A stretch of DNA of 52,215 nt, from the IMG/VR virus record IMGVR_UViG_3300018933_000070, positions 1-52,215 of that record; one strand, given 5' to 3'. The notes beneath the pieces are model-generated. The model ran no database searches. It saw only the letters and a list, made by a program, of their open reading frames with translations, and was not told the DNA's origin. This DNA is from a virus. Taxonomy: Duplodnaviria; Caudoviricetes. A program made the position numbers and the translations under genes. Positions within the stretch are counted from its first letter, which is position 1; each line of letters begins with the position of its first letter. Shown one piece after another: positions 19,546 through 29,308 of the stretch.

Positions 19546-20778
19546 TTAAAGCAAGCCGCTGAAGCTTACGCCTCCGTTGGCAGACTTCTTAATGTCGTCT
19601 TCGGGCTCGCCCTGCGCGGATCCGCCGCGACTGTTTTTAACAAGCTGCACATCAGCGGCCAGTGTGGTCATTTGCTCTTGTAGTGGGGCTAGCGCTTTCG
19701 CAATGACGTCCGCCAAAGCATCGGACTGCGCTTCATTTCCGCCCTCTGTGATGGCTGCAGGATCGGCTCCTTCGCCCTCCTGCTTCTTCAGTTCCGTCAC
19801 ATCGGCGGCCAAACCTTCAACCTGCTTAACGATCGGCTGAATGGCAGCCGCAACAGCTTTTGCAATATCTTCTGGTTTCAAATCGTCATCCTCCTCTTGC
19901 TCCTCATCTACTTCGGGAGCCGTCTTATTTTTCAGTTCGGTTAATGCGTTGATGGCATCATCAATGTGCTTCATATTGCCGCTAGAGATTTTCTTCCCTG
20001 CCTTGGCAATGGCTTCAGGCGGCTTACCAATGGCTTTTACAATGTCTTCATGCACCAGGACGTCCTGGGCAATATCGACGAAGTCCTGCAGTGCTTCGCG
20101 AATGATTTCCGGGTCTGTTTCCGTCCCCGTCTCCCATGAGTCCCAACGAAAAAGAACCGCGTTCAGAGCGTCTTGAGCAGCCCAGAATTCACGGTTCTTT
20201 CGGTTTTTATTGTATTTGTCAGCAACAGCACCCTTTTCGATCAGGCCAAGAGCTTTCGCTATTCGATTTAGCAGGCCCTTGGATACCTGTTCTTCTTCCT
20301 GGATCTCTTCTCGTTTGCCCACACCCCACATCGAAAACCCGGTGATTTCGCCTTTCTGAATGGATTCCCATGTCTCATCGTCCGTCACCTTAACGCCAGC
20401 GACCCACGATCCTTTGACAATCACCTGATCGCCAATTTCCATATCACACGGAGCAATATAGGATTCGACTACATAACCTTTGTCAGCTTCCAAATCATGT
20501 TGCTTATCGATATTGTAGGTGTGTTGGTTTTCCATGAACAAATGAGCTGCCTTTTCAATTTCATCTGCAGTCATCTGATCATCGTGAGCATCCGGCGTAT
20601 CTGGTTGGTACACAACCCCGATCACGATCCGTTTAGTATCATCCACTTTGGCAATCTGTACTTGCTTTTGAATCGCGTTTTTACCCGCGCTCTTTATGAT
20701 GGCGAACGGTACCCCGTTGGCGCCTTTATCAACGAGCGACAAGTGTGTAATTTTGGCGTCTTTCAATTTGAATGGCAT
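19546..20778 (-). CDS. Prohead protease/scaffold (XkdF-like)
   Basis: SLVDKGAN, DAHDD, IDKQH, ESYIAP, ITGFSM; coiled-coil C-terminus. Confidence 0.88.
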   Translation of the reverse strand: MPFKLKDAKITHLSLVDKGANGVPFAIIKSAGKNAIQKQVQIAKVDDTKRIVIGVVYQPDTPDAHDDQMTADEIEKAAHLFMENQHTYNIDKQHDLEADKGYVVESYIAPCDMEIGDQVIVKGSWVAGVKVTDDETWESIQKGEITGFSMWGVGKREEIQEEEQVSKGLLNRIAKALGLIEKGAVADKYNKNRKNREFWAAQDALNAVLFRWDSWETGTETDPEIIREALQDFVDIAQDVLVHEDIVKAIGKPPEAIAKAGKKISSGNMKHIDDAINALTELKNKTAPEVDEEQEEDDDLKPEDIAKAVAAAIQPIVKQVEGLAADVTELKKQEGEGADPAAITEGGNEAQSDALADVIAKALAPLQEQMTTLAADVQLVKNSRGGSAQGEPEDDIKKSANGGVSFSGLL

Positions 20779-20860
20779 TTTTCTTCTCACCTCCTCTCAG
20801 GAATAATCCAATGACAAACAGGCATGACAATAAAAGTACCATACCTACTACTTTCCTCAT
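20729..20860 (-). CDS. Unannotated 43-aa membrane peptide (MRKVVGMVLLLSCLFVIGLFLRGG...)
   Basis: GAGGTGA RBS, ATG at 20860, one TM helix, fills the gap between head genes. Confidence 0.45.
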   Translation of the reverse strand: MRKVVGMVLLLSCLFVIGLFLRGGEKKNAIQIERRQNYTLVAR

Positions 20861-20876
20861 ATTCAGTTCACCTCGC

Positions 20877-21707
20877 TTAATCCATAACCAACTGCATCGT
20901 GCAGCGGCAATTTACAATCTCTTTGGCTCCCCCTGCCGGATCGCCCGGATACATCAGCTTGCTGTCCCCGACCTTAAACGGCTTGTCCAACGCAACCACT
21001 TGGCCATTCGCTTTCCGGTGGGATTTCCGAGTCCGTGTGCCGGCAGCAGAGCGCCATTTCTTACCCTTGGCCACCTCAGATTGCTTCCAGCCTTCCAGCT
21101 TCCCACCGTTGGCCGCTGCCGTGCTCATGGTGCGCGAGATGCGTTGTGCCCGCTGCATGGAAAACGGTCCATCTTCTCCCTCAGCTGCCTGGGCGCTGAT
21201 TTCCTGAACCAGCAAGGCACGTTCAGATGGCGTCTTCCCTTCATCGATCGCTTTTTCAAAGCTACGCAGCAGTGTATCTGTGGAGGCCGTGTTCATATCC
21301 GGTACCAATTCGCGAATCTCTTTCACGAATTCCCTTGCTGCCTTGTTCTTGGTACTCCAGATCTTTGCATCGTCCAAAGCAACCAACTCTGATTCTCCGG
21401 CCAAATGAAACAATGGCTCGAACGCTTCCTGTATGGCCTGCTCAAACATATCCGAGAACACTTCCGAGGTATGAAGCGAGATAAGCACCTTTGCCAGCTC
21501 GCCGATGTCACCCAGGGATTCCTCACTCAGTTCCGCAATCGCATCTTGCAGCGCCTCACCCTGAAGTTCCAATATCTCCATGATTCGTTCTTCGGCCTGC
21601 TTATACAGCTGTTCCAGTACCTTACGCTCCACATAGGTCAGCTCAAGGCTATCCAGAAACTCATCATCATCGGCCTTAGCAATTAGCGTCCAGCATGCTT
21701 CACACAT
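20877..21707 (-). CDS. Head morphogenesis protein (Mu gpF / SPP1 gp7-like)
   Basis: KKW...RTRKSH..ANGQ...YPGDP...VNCRC; start MCEAC. Confidence 0.88.
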   Translation of the reverse strand: MCEACWTLIAKADDDEFLDSLELTYVERKVLEQLYKQAEERIMEILELQGEALQDAIAELSEESLGDIGELAKVLISLHTSEVFSDMFEQAIQEAFEPLFHLAGESELVALDDAKIWSTKNKAAREFVKEIRELVPDMNTASTDTLLRSFEKAIDEGKTPSERALLVQEISAQAAEGEDGPFSMQRAQRISRTMSTAAANGGKLEGWKQSEVAKGKKWRSAAGTRTRKSHRKANGQVVALDKPFKVGDSKLMYPGDPAGGAKEIVNCRCTMQLVMD

Positions 21708-23181
21708 GTGCGCCCACCTCGGCCCCGCCTTTACGTAGCAATCGCTTGGCGATCGTAACAACCCGCTCCTGCAGGTTATCCGTGTCGTTGTATTTCTCTG
21801 AATCGAGCAACTCTGGTTGGCTTCCAGCAAGCTGAGCAATCGGCGTATCAAGATATTCAGGGCTGTATTTGCTTTCATCGATCGTTGTCCCCAGAACGTC
21901 CTCTGCTATCGGGATCAGGTCACGTACCAGCATAATGCCACGGTCGGCGATGAAATCCAACATCGATTTACGGTCATCCGGATCAATGATGTTCGGACCG
22001 CGTAGTACCGCCCGCACCCGGAAAATCCCCATTGCTGGGAACAGTCGCTTATTGAACAGCTCGTTCATGATCCATTTGCGATAGGGTTCAAAGACTTGTT
22101 CCTCCGCAAATTGAAGCGCAGCCTGAGCTGTTGCACGGTTATAATCCGAGCTCTGGCCGACCAAGATCGGCGGCAGCCGGAAGGCGGACAGGATATCGGA
22201 TTTCTTCTCCTTGCCGTATTCGAGGAAAAGGGCGTCCTGCTGTAAGAGGTCGTTCAGCTTATCCAGCTTTATTGCAACCTTCTCGACCTTCTCATCCATT
22301 GGACCGCCTGTTTCTTCTCCCTTAGCTTCGAGGTATAAGATTCCGCCTTGAGACTGTGAGCCCTTGACGTTCTTCAGCAGTTCCATAGACTGCTTCGTCA
22401 GTTTCCCATTTGTTACGGTCAGGATCATGGACAGCATGCGGCCATTGCTAAAATAGGAAACGTTCAGCTCCTCAGCTTCGCGAGCCCCTACTACGCCAGG
22501 CGCATTTCCGAACCACCTTGGTTCCCCATATGCGCCATCGTTACCAATGCGCAAGGGGATGATTTGATTATTGGTGCCTTCAGTACCGAACAACCTGAAC
22601 CAAACCACGGATGTCCCCCGCTTCATGGCATAGCGCCGGGCATAGATTTCCTGCGAAAACTCTTCGATCTTCTTGGTTGAGCTTATTCTCCGTTTCCGCT
22701 TGATCGTTGTAAGGTTGCTCTCCCTGGTACAACGAACATACTTCGGATCCATCCGAAAAATCGTTGGGAACTCACTGCCTGACGGCCATGCAACCTCCAA
22801 ATTCCCCATTCCAGTGCTTTCGAGATCTTCAATCAGCTGGCTCACAATCTCGTCCGGCGAATCCTCTAAATTACAGGTCTCCAGGAACCGTTCAGCCCGG
22901 TCCCATTCTTCCTTGGCTGTGCTGTCATCTTCACCCGGCAAGTACTCTAATGCGATGCCATGACCAGCGATATTACGTTTATAAGCTTCTATGCATTGCG
23001 GAATGATATTGCTGTTTTTGACAAGCTGCCTGCAGCTGGCCGGATCATTACCTGGTTCAAATGGTAACAGGCCATGCTGATCATAGAGCTTATCAAATAC
23101 ATCGGGTAGCTGAGCGCTGGACGGGATATGTCGTCCCCCCTCCTTTGCGATCGGGAACCAAGCGGCATTGCCTTCGCCCAT
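21700..23181 (-). CDS. Portal protein (PBSX/XkdE family)
   Basis: YGEPRW, YFSNG, AFRLPPILVG..DYNRATA. Confidence 0.9.
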   Translation of the reverse strand: MGEGNAAWFPIAKEGGRHIPSSAQLPDVFDKLYDQHGLLPFEPGNDPASCRQLVKNSNIIPQCIEAYKRNIAGHGIALEYLPGEDDSTAKEEWDRAERFLETCNLEDSPDEIVSQLIEDLESTGMGNLEVAWPSGSEFPTIFRMDPKYVRCTRESNLTTIKRKRRISSTKKIEEFSQEIYARRYAMKRGTSVVWFRLFGTEGTNNQIIPLRIGNDGAYGEPRWFGNAPGVVGAREAEELNVSYFSNGRMLSMILTVTNGKLTKQSMELLKNVKGSQSQGGILYLEAKGEETGGPMDEKVEKVAIKLDKLNDLLQQDALFLEYGKEKKSDILSAFRLPPILVGQSSDYNRATAQAALQFAEEQVFEPYRKWIMNELFNKRLFPAMGIFRVRAVLRGPNIIDPDDRKSMLDFIADRGIMLVRDLIPIAEDVLGTTIDESKYSPEYLDTPIAQLAGSQPELLDSEKYNDTDNLQERVVTIAKRLLRKGGAEVGAHV

Positions 23182-24870
23182 CTATATCCACCCCACTTCT
23201 TCCTCATATTCATTCTGTTCTTCCCGCTTCTGCTGTTTCTTTTTGAACCATTCAAACCATTTGTCTGCTACTTGTCTCACCTGAAGGGCTATGGAATAGG
23301 CCATGACACGGTCATCGTTACAACCGCTATCGGCCTCTGCTTTGCCGTTCTTGTCAATCAGCGTCATACATTCGCTGTACAGATCCGGACAGTAAATGTC
23401 GAAAAGCTGATCGCGGATCGCTTCCTTAAAGTCGCTGATCATCACAGGACGGGTTGCCTGGTTGGTGTTCCATCCCATCGTTCCCTTCTTGTGCATAAAG
23501 AGCAGCGGATAGTGGCAGGTATTGAACAACGTATTCAGCACCGATTCCCCGGTATTATTGTTCTCTACGGCCAGAAGCGCGGTATTGTAAAACAAACCTA
23601 GCGTATTCAGTTTTTTGCCATACAAGTCAGTGTCCCATTTGCCGTGCAGAGCCGCGCACATTTCGCCTGTACGCACCTCGATTACATAGGCGGCATCATA
23701 GTCACCATCTTCTTTACCTTTGGCCGTATCAGCAGCCAGAACGTATTGCTTGCCAGGCTCCGGCTTGCGGTAGATAACGAGCTCGCCAGCCTCGTGCGAA
23801 GGAATGATCTTGTTCTTAACAAAATCGATTTCATGGAAGCTGCCTTTTACGCTGATCGCATCCCGCAGACGTTTGATAAACTTGTTATCAAAGATGCCTT
23901 CGCCGGACAGCAGGAACGCGTCATCAGGCTCCGAAGGATACTCCTGATCGAACTGCCGCGGATCACCACCGCAATCGTTCCGGATGGTGTATCGGCGCCA
24001 CTGTAATTGCTCATCGTCGAGCCCGTATTTCTGTTTCAGCTCCAGTTCTTCTTCGGTTGGTTCGAAGCCAGGCGGGACCGGTTTACGGTAATCCGGCATT
24101 TCAAACCAAGCAAAAAAGAGCGGATCGAAGTCGCTCTCGCCCTTTACAGCTGCATCCCACAATGATTTGAACTCTTCCATGCCGTTAGCGGTTGACTCAA
24201 TCACACCCAAGCTACCCGGTTCCTTCGATAGGGCGGCTAGCAAGGACAGCAGATGCCGTTTCTTCTTCTTCGCAGGCCAAAAGGCAAACTCAGAAGCGTG
24301 CAGGTAATGGATTGTGTCTGAACGGGCAAGGACCCGGCTCTCCGCCGTCTGTACGGTAATCTTCGATTTCAGTCCTGGATTCTTCCGACGATCTGCTGGG
24401 CGAATCGCCGGATTCTCGAAAGTCAGCTTCTTCGCGTTGTTTTTCCGGGTCATTGGCTGGATAATCGGTGGGACCTTTTCATAATAAAGCTGGAACATAT
24501 CATACAGGTTGCTGGACGCGTCGGAAGATTGAGCAACAATAAAGCCGTTCTTCGCTTCCTGCAGCGAAGTGAAATAATATATCAGCGCCTCCGTGACCGT
24601 AGAGAATCCCATCTGGCGGGCCTTTAAGATAACAATACGAACGGGCTTTCCACCTGAGATATCCGTGAATACCTTCGATGCATAGCGACGCTGAGCATCG
24701 TTGAGTATAAGAGGGACGATTTCACCGGACTTGTTCTTTATCTTCAGCATCCGGAAACAGAATTGTTCGAAGTCGGATAGAATCGCCTTCAGTTCTTCCA
24801 GTTTATCTGGCCGCTTCCGGAGCTTCCGTTTGATCCGCCGGCGGTGCTCATTTGCAAGCAATATTACCAT
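23182..24870 (-). CDS. Terminase large subunit
   Basis: LKARQMGFST Walker A, HASEFAFW, IESTANG, ADTAKG, DDRVMA. Confidence 0.93.
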   Translation of the reverse strand: MVILLANEHRRRIKRKLRKRPDKLEELKAILSDFEQFCFRMLKIKNKSGEIVPLILNDAQRRYASKVFTDISGGKPVRIVILKARQMGFSTVTEALIYYFTSLQEAKNGFIVAQSSDASSNLYDMFQLYYEKVPPIIQPMTRKNNAKKLTFENPAIRPADRRKNPGLKSKITVQTAESRVLARSDTIHYLHASEFAFWPAKKKKRHLLSLLAALSKEPGSLGVIESTANGMEEFKSLWDAAVKGESDFDPLFFAWFEMPDYRKPVPPGFEPTEEELELKQKYGLDDEQLQWRRYTIRNDCGGDPRQFDQEYPSEPDDAFLLSGEGIFDNKFIKRLRDAISVKGSFHEIDFVKNKIIPSHEAGELVIYRKPEPGKQYVLAADTAKGKEDGDYDAAYVIEVRTGEMCAALHGKWDTDLYGKKLNTLGLFYNTALLAVENNNTGESVLNTLFNTCHYPLLFMHKKGTMGWNTNQATRPVMISDFKEAIRDQLFDIYCPDLYSECMTLIDKNGKAEADSGCNDDRVMAYSIALQVRQVADKWFEWFKKKQQKREEQNEYEEEVGWI

Positions 24871-25748
24871 CCTAAATCATCCTCGCCATCATCTTCATCG
24901 TCGTCAACCTCCTCCTCATCGCCACGTCCTAATACTTTGAATTTATCCAACTCCAACCGTTCGCGAGCGATCTTCAGTTTTTCTTCCTCTTGTTTCATGT
25001 TTGCGATTAGATTGATTACGCGGAGCTTCTTATCTCTTGTTTTAACCAGAGCTTCCTCCTGCTTGAGGATTTTGTCCAGTTTTGAGGTTATGACGGTCGT
25101 AATCTCGGTGACTTTCATGCCTTCAGTAAGGACGGGGACCTGCATTTGTTTCCCACTCTTAGGGCTGGTGTAAGGTACCAAGTCTTTTCGCTGGGTGAGC
25201 TCCTCCTTGATCTTCCGTTCATGATCGGTCAGTCCTTCTTCCAGAAGCTTAACCCTCTTCATATGACGCCGTTCTTGGAGAGTAAGCATGCGGAGCTGTT
25301 CTTCCAACTGGACAAGGGGAGTTGTGTCGATCAACTCAAGCAGCTCCATTTCCTCATCTTCAAGAGTGTCGAGGAAAATCGTCTCATACATGCCATGTTT
25401 CAACGCCTTCTTGTTGCGATATGGTCCACCCGGACCACCGCGGTTTCCCTTGGCATTTTGGTTGCCGGGAGGGGCGCCGCCACGGTTACCGACAGCGTTT
25501 GTGTTCCCTCTGGGCGCTCCCCTTGACTTCGGGACGCTCCCTTTCGCTCCATTTGGAGCGCTCCCTTTGGAATAGGCTTCAGCGCTCCCATTCAATTCAT
25601 CTTGCCAACGGTCCACAGCTTTCCACTTTCGGACTCTGGATTCCGGAATAGAAAGAGCGACGGCGATGTCTTTAAGCTTCATCGTCCCGCCGCTCTCCAA
25701 CCACATTTGTTTCGCCTTGTCCCGTTCGGGACTTCTCCTTCTGGCCAT
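24864..25748 (-). CDS. Terminase small subunit
   Basis: N-terminal HTH (VRKWK..DRW), GAP.GN.NA repeats, ALKHG. Confidence 0.9.
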   Translation of the reverse strand: MARRRSPERDKAKQMWLESGGTMKLKDIAVALSIPESRVRKWKAVDRWQDELNGSAEAYSKGSAPNGAKGSVPKSRGAPRGNTNAVGNRGGAPPGNQNAKGNRGGPGGPYRNKKALKHGMYETIFLDTLEDEEMELLELIDTTPLVQLEEQLRMLTLQERRHMKRVKLLEEGLTDHERKIKEELTQRKDLVPYTSPKSGKQMQVPVLTEGMKVTEITTVITSKLDKILKQEEALVKTRDKKLRVINLIANMKQEEEKLKIARERLELDKFKVLGRGDEEEVDDDEDDGEDDLGW

Positions 25749-25824
25749 GTTACACAATCACCACCCCCAACGAATGAAGGCAGACCTATGGCCCGCCTTC
25801 TCTTCAATGTTAAGCCTGTTTTAC

Positions 25825-26034
25825 TTACCTCCTATGATAGAGATAAGGCGGCCATTCGTACCTTACCTGACCAGACTTTGAACGTAGAGCTTGTAGCCTT
25901 TCCTCAAGGGAAGAGCCGCTCAGCTCTTGGATTCGTTCCTCAAGACTCGGGGCCCGTTTGGTGAGTTCGGCTAACCGCTCTTCGATGGAATTCTCCTCGT
26001 ATCCGTTCATTTTCAAGTAATTAGGTAGTTTCAT
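25825..26034 (-). CDS. Hypothetical protein with three S[IL]EER[LI] repeats
   Basis: GAAGGA RBS; internal repeats. Confidence 0.5.
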   Translation of the reverse strand: MKLPNYLKMNGYEENSIEERLAELTKRAPSLEERIQELSGSSLEERLQALRSKSGQVRYEWPPYLYHRR

Positions 26035-26126
26035 TTTTGTTCATTCCTTCTATTTGGTGTCACCCCTTATGAGGGGTGCACATTCAATATAGGCAGAATT
26101 GGCGAAAGTCTAACGCGTTTTGGAAA

Positions 26127-26342
26127 TCACAGATCATCCTTCTGCAGTTCAATATCTATTTCAATCAGCTTTTTCAGGTCATCCACCGTCCTGATCTCGA
26201 TTCGTCCGTCCTGAAAATCTTTGACCCACTTGGCTATTCCGGCTTTGACGATCTTGCGGTACTGCTCCTTGCTCTCGAGGATACCTTCCATGACTTCAAG
26301 CTCGTGCTGCAGAAGCAAATCTTTATTCTCAGGTGTTCCCAT
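26127..26342 (-). CDS. Hypothetical helical protein (71 aa)
   Basis: GAGGGG RBS; amphipathic helices. Confidence 0.7.
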   Translation of the reverse strand: MGTPENKDLLLQHELEVMEGILESKEQYRKIVKAGIAKWVKDFQDGRIEIRTVDDLKKLIEIDIELQKDDL

Positions 26343-26375
26343 TGTCGTTCCCCTCGGCTTTCCGTTATGATGGAA

Positions 26376-26478
26376 TGCGAGATAGCGGATGTCAGCTAAA
26401 TGCCGCGCGCGGCGGGCCGCTATCTCAGCCGGGGGATACCCTGGTCTATGAGGAGGACGTTACCGCGTCCTCCTTTTA
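26376..26478 (+). ncRNA. Candidate structured small RNA antisense to the late operon
   Basis: TTGTCG-N18-TATGAT upstream; stems GAGATAGCGG/CCGCTATCTC, GCCGGGG/CCCTGGT, and AGGAGGACG/CGTCCTCCT plus U-tract. Confidence 0.5.
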
Positions 26479-26526
26479 ATATGTCTCGACAAATTAAATA
26501 ACCGCCCCTAGGCGGTTGGTCTAAAG

Positions 26527-26919
26527 TTAATATATTCTATACCCTACAAGATGATATCGTGCGTCTACCGTGTCGTTCCTTAGGTCCATCTCCACAGTTC
26601 GCCCATCAGGTCTGCATAAGCTAATCTTTATTTCAAAATACTGTGTACCATGGATCGCATCCACAGGTCTTGCTTTTTCATTTTTCATATTAGCTGTTAC
26701 ACGCTCATTGATTGAGAGTATTTGTTCGCAATCAAATTTTGAATATTTTTCTTTGAAAATCATATTTAACGATGCGATGATCTCTGGTTTCAGTTGTTGT
26801 AGAAGTGCTCTTTCAGTAACTTCTAGTTTGGGGTCTGGATGGGCTGAAGCTTGTGCCTCCAAAAAAGGAAAACTTCCAAGGAAAACAACGACGATTACTA
26901 ATACGAATTTTATCTTCAC
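26527..26919 (-). CDS. Secreted DUF3888-like protein
   Basis: Signal-peptide-like VKIKFVLVIVVVFLG...AQASA; ERALLQQL.PEI; AGGTGA RBS. Confidence 0.6.
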   Translation of the reverse strand: MKIKFVLVIVVVFLGSFPFLEAQASAHPDPKLEVTERALLQQLKPEIIASLNMIFKEKYSKFDCEQILSINERVTANMKNEKARPVDAIHGTQYFEIKISLCRPDGRTVEMDLRNDTVDARYHLVGYRIY

Positions 26920-26983
26920 ATAATCACCTGGCCATTTTTTTCTTAGTATGGCCATGCTAAGAAAAGATATGTAGACAGCTGAT

Positions 26984-27415
26984 CTAGTTTCTTAAAATAT
27001 CTAAATAATTTGGAGGAAAGTCATTCTTATCAGGGTCTTTTAAGTGCTTTACGCTGATAAGCTTCACTTCTCCAAATGTTACTTCAAAGGTGAACCTATC
27101 TTTTCCGACTGGGATATGTGGGCCTACAAACGGAACAGCTTCTAACGTTATTAAGAAAATGAACCCGCGAAATCCGTTTACTCGTTCAACGCTTATTACA
27201 TCAACAAAATTGGGATAAAATAATGGTACTTCCGTTAGCAATGGCGCATAAATTTCTGGAAGCTGCTCTTGCATGTATGGTAATAGGAAAATCATTTACA
27301 TGTCTTGGAACTGTAGTTCTCTCGATTCTTGGGGCTTATTTATTTCGCCATAGCAAAATCCTGTTTGTAGAACCAAACTCAGTATCAATGAACATACAGT
27401 TAACTTTTTTATCAT
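26984..27415 (-). pseudogene. DUF3888 protein with an in-frame nonsense codon
   Basis: MIKKLTVCSLILSLVLQ...SRELQFQDM-TAA(27298-27296)-MIFLLP...PFVGPHIPVGKDRFTF in one frame. Confidence 0.75.
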
Positions 27416-27472
27416 TGAAAGCACCATCCTTCGAAGGAATAACAACTTTATCCTTTGAAGGATATCGATGAT

Positions 27473-28762
27473 TTATACAATACGATGAATAAGAACAGGC
27501 TCGATACCAGTAGTTGCCTGGTACCGCTTCTTAATGACATCGCAGAATACCGGATCGAGCTCCAAAGTCCGACATCTGCGTCCCATTTGATCGCAGGTCA
27601 TGAGTGTGGACCCCGATCCTCCGAAGAAATCAACTACTTCATCACCCTTCTGACTGCTGTTGCCGATTGGTATGGCCAAGAGCTCGAGTGGCTTCTGCGT
27701 CGGATGAACATATTTGCTGACATCTCCGCGGGATACCTCCCAGACAGTTGCTGGTTCCGCTGGCTCACCAGGAAGGCCGGCGCGCCATACCGTCGATTGG
27801 CGGCGGTCGCCATACCAAGCAGGAGCCTTGCCGCGTAGATGAGCATAAAAGACCGGTTCATGCTGCCAGCGATACTGTGACCAGCCAAACGAAGCGGCAT
27901 TCTTCACCCAAACGCACTGGCTGCGAACGACAATGCCGGCAGCGTTCATGGCATCCTCAAACTCTCGCTGATAAGACGACGGATGGAAGACATAGATAGC
28001 AGCCGTAGGCTCCATGATCGACGAGTACCGTTCAAAGACAGCATGCAAAAAGCCCGCAAATTCCTCTGCGGGCATATTGTCGTTCATTATGCTGCTTCGG
28101 CCATCAGCGGCCAGGCGCTCTGAATCACTTTCGATTGCCACGTTGTACGGCGGATCCGTGACAACTAGGGCCGCCTTGGCTCCTTCCATCAATCGGGAGA
28201 CGTCTTCCAGATCCGTAGCATCTCCGCAGACCAACCGATGGGGGCCGAGCTGCCAGACATCACCCCGCTGCGTCTCGGGTTCTTTGATGTCTTCCAATGC
28301 CTTCCCTATGTCGAAGTCATCCTCAACGACTGGCTCTTCAATATCTGGAACTTCGGGCAGATTACTGACAAGGTCTTCGATCTCCTCTTGGTCGAATCCG
28401 GACAAATAGAGATCCGCGCCTGCCTCCTGCAGCTCTGACAGCAGCCTGGCCAACGCTTCCTCATCCCATCGTCCGGAAACCTTGTTCAGCGCCAAATTAA
28501 GCAGTCGTTCCTGCTGATCGTCCAGGTCAACGACTGAAACCGGGAGTTCGGTCCGGCCTAGCTCATGAACCATGATCTTATATCGTTGATGCCCGCCAAC
28601 CATGTTGCCGGTACGTTCGTTCCAGACGATCGGCTCGACATATCCAAACTCCTCGATACTACTCTTTAGTTTTTCATATTCTGGATCCCCTGGCTGCAGA
28701 TCAATCCTCGGGTTGTAAGTAGCTGCGTTAATCCGGTCTATCGAGATGACTCTGATATCCAT
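27473..28762 (-). CDS. ParB-like N-terminal domain fused to an N6/N4 DNA methyltransferase
   Basis: YNPR, GGHQR; TDPPYN, HPTQKP, DFFGGSGST, ELDP. Confidence 0.92.
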   Translation of the reverse strand: MDIRVISIDRINAATYNPRIDLQPGDPEYEKLKSSIEEFGYVEPIVWNERTGNMVGGHQRYKIMVHELGRTELPVSVVDLDDQQERLLNLALNKVSGRWDEEALARLLSELQEAGADLYLSGFDQEEIEDLVSNLPEVPDIEEPVVEDDFDIGKALEDIKEPETQRGDVWQLGPHRLVCGDATDLEDVSRLMEGAKAALVVTDPPYNVAIESDSERLAADGRSSIMNDNMPAEEFAGFLHAVFERYSSIMEPTAAIYVFHPSSYQREFEDAMNAAGIVVRSQCVWVKNAASFGWSQYRWQHEPVFYAHLRGKAPAWYGDRRQSTVWRAGLPGEPAEPATVWEVSRGDVSKYVHPTQKPLELLAIPIGNSSQKGDEVVDFFGGSGSTLMTCDQMGRRCRTLELDPVFCDVIKKRYQATTGIEPVLIHRIV

Positions 28763-28936
28763 GCCTTCACCATCCTATTTGAGTTGAGTTGGTTTCGCAT
28801 ATACACGTACGTCAAATAGGAGCACACGCCAACGCTATGCCCCTTCTCTGCCGTTTTCCTGACCCGTTCCACTATTCGTCCGTGATCGATCACAAACGCC
28901 TTAAATCGGCTTATATTTCGCGCGTGGTCCGAGAGC

Positions 28937-28962
28937 AAAAAGAAAAAGCACCCGAAGGTGCT
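28937..28962 (-). terminator. Intrinsic terminator
   Basis: AGCACC-TTCG-GGTGCT-TTTTCTTTTT on the minus strand. Confidence 0.8.
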
Positions 28963-28967
28963 GATCC

Positions 28968-29285
28968 CTATTTCGCTTCAATCCATCGAGCTCCATCATC
29001 ATCGTTCTTAAAGAACGACAACAACTGGCTCATTGCGCTCTCCAAAGCTTGCTCGACTGTATCTTCACTATTACGAGATGAAATGTACGGGCCTGCTTGA
29101 TTAGAGCCTTGGTAATAATGGCTTGTAGAGTAATGATACTTTCCATCACTGCCAAGATCAATTCTTATAGTGATCTCTGTACTGCCAATGTGGTCGTGAT
29201 GAATCCATACCCTCCATTCACCAACGTTCTCATAGGACTCTACAACCTGCTTGTACGACTGAAGTATATCCAAGTGTTTCGACAT
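28968..29285 (-). CDS. Hypothetical moron protein (105 aa)
   Basis: GGAGGTG RBS, own SigH-like promoter and terminator. Confidence 0.75.
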   Translation of the reverse strand: MSKHLDILQSYKQVVESYENVGEWRVWIHHDHIGSTEITIRIDLGSDGKYHYSTSHYYQGSNQAGPYISSRNSEDTVEQALESAMSQLLSFFKNDDDGARWIEAK

Positions 29286-29308
29286 TCTATCACCTCCTCG
29301 ACATCACA

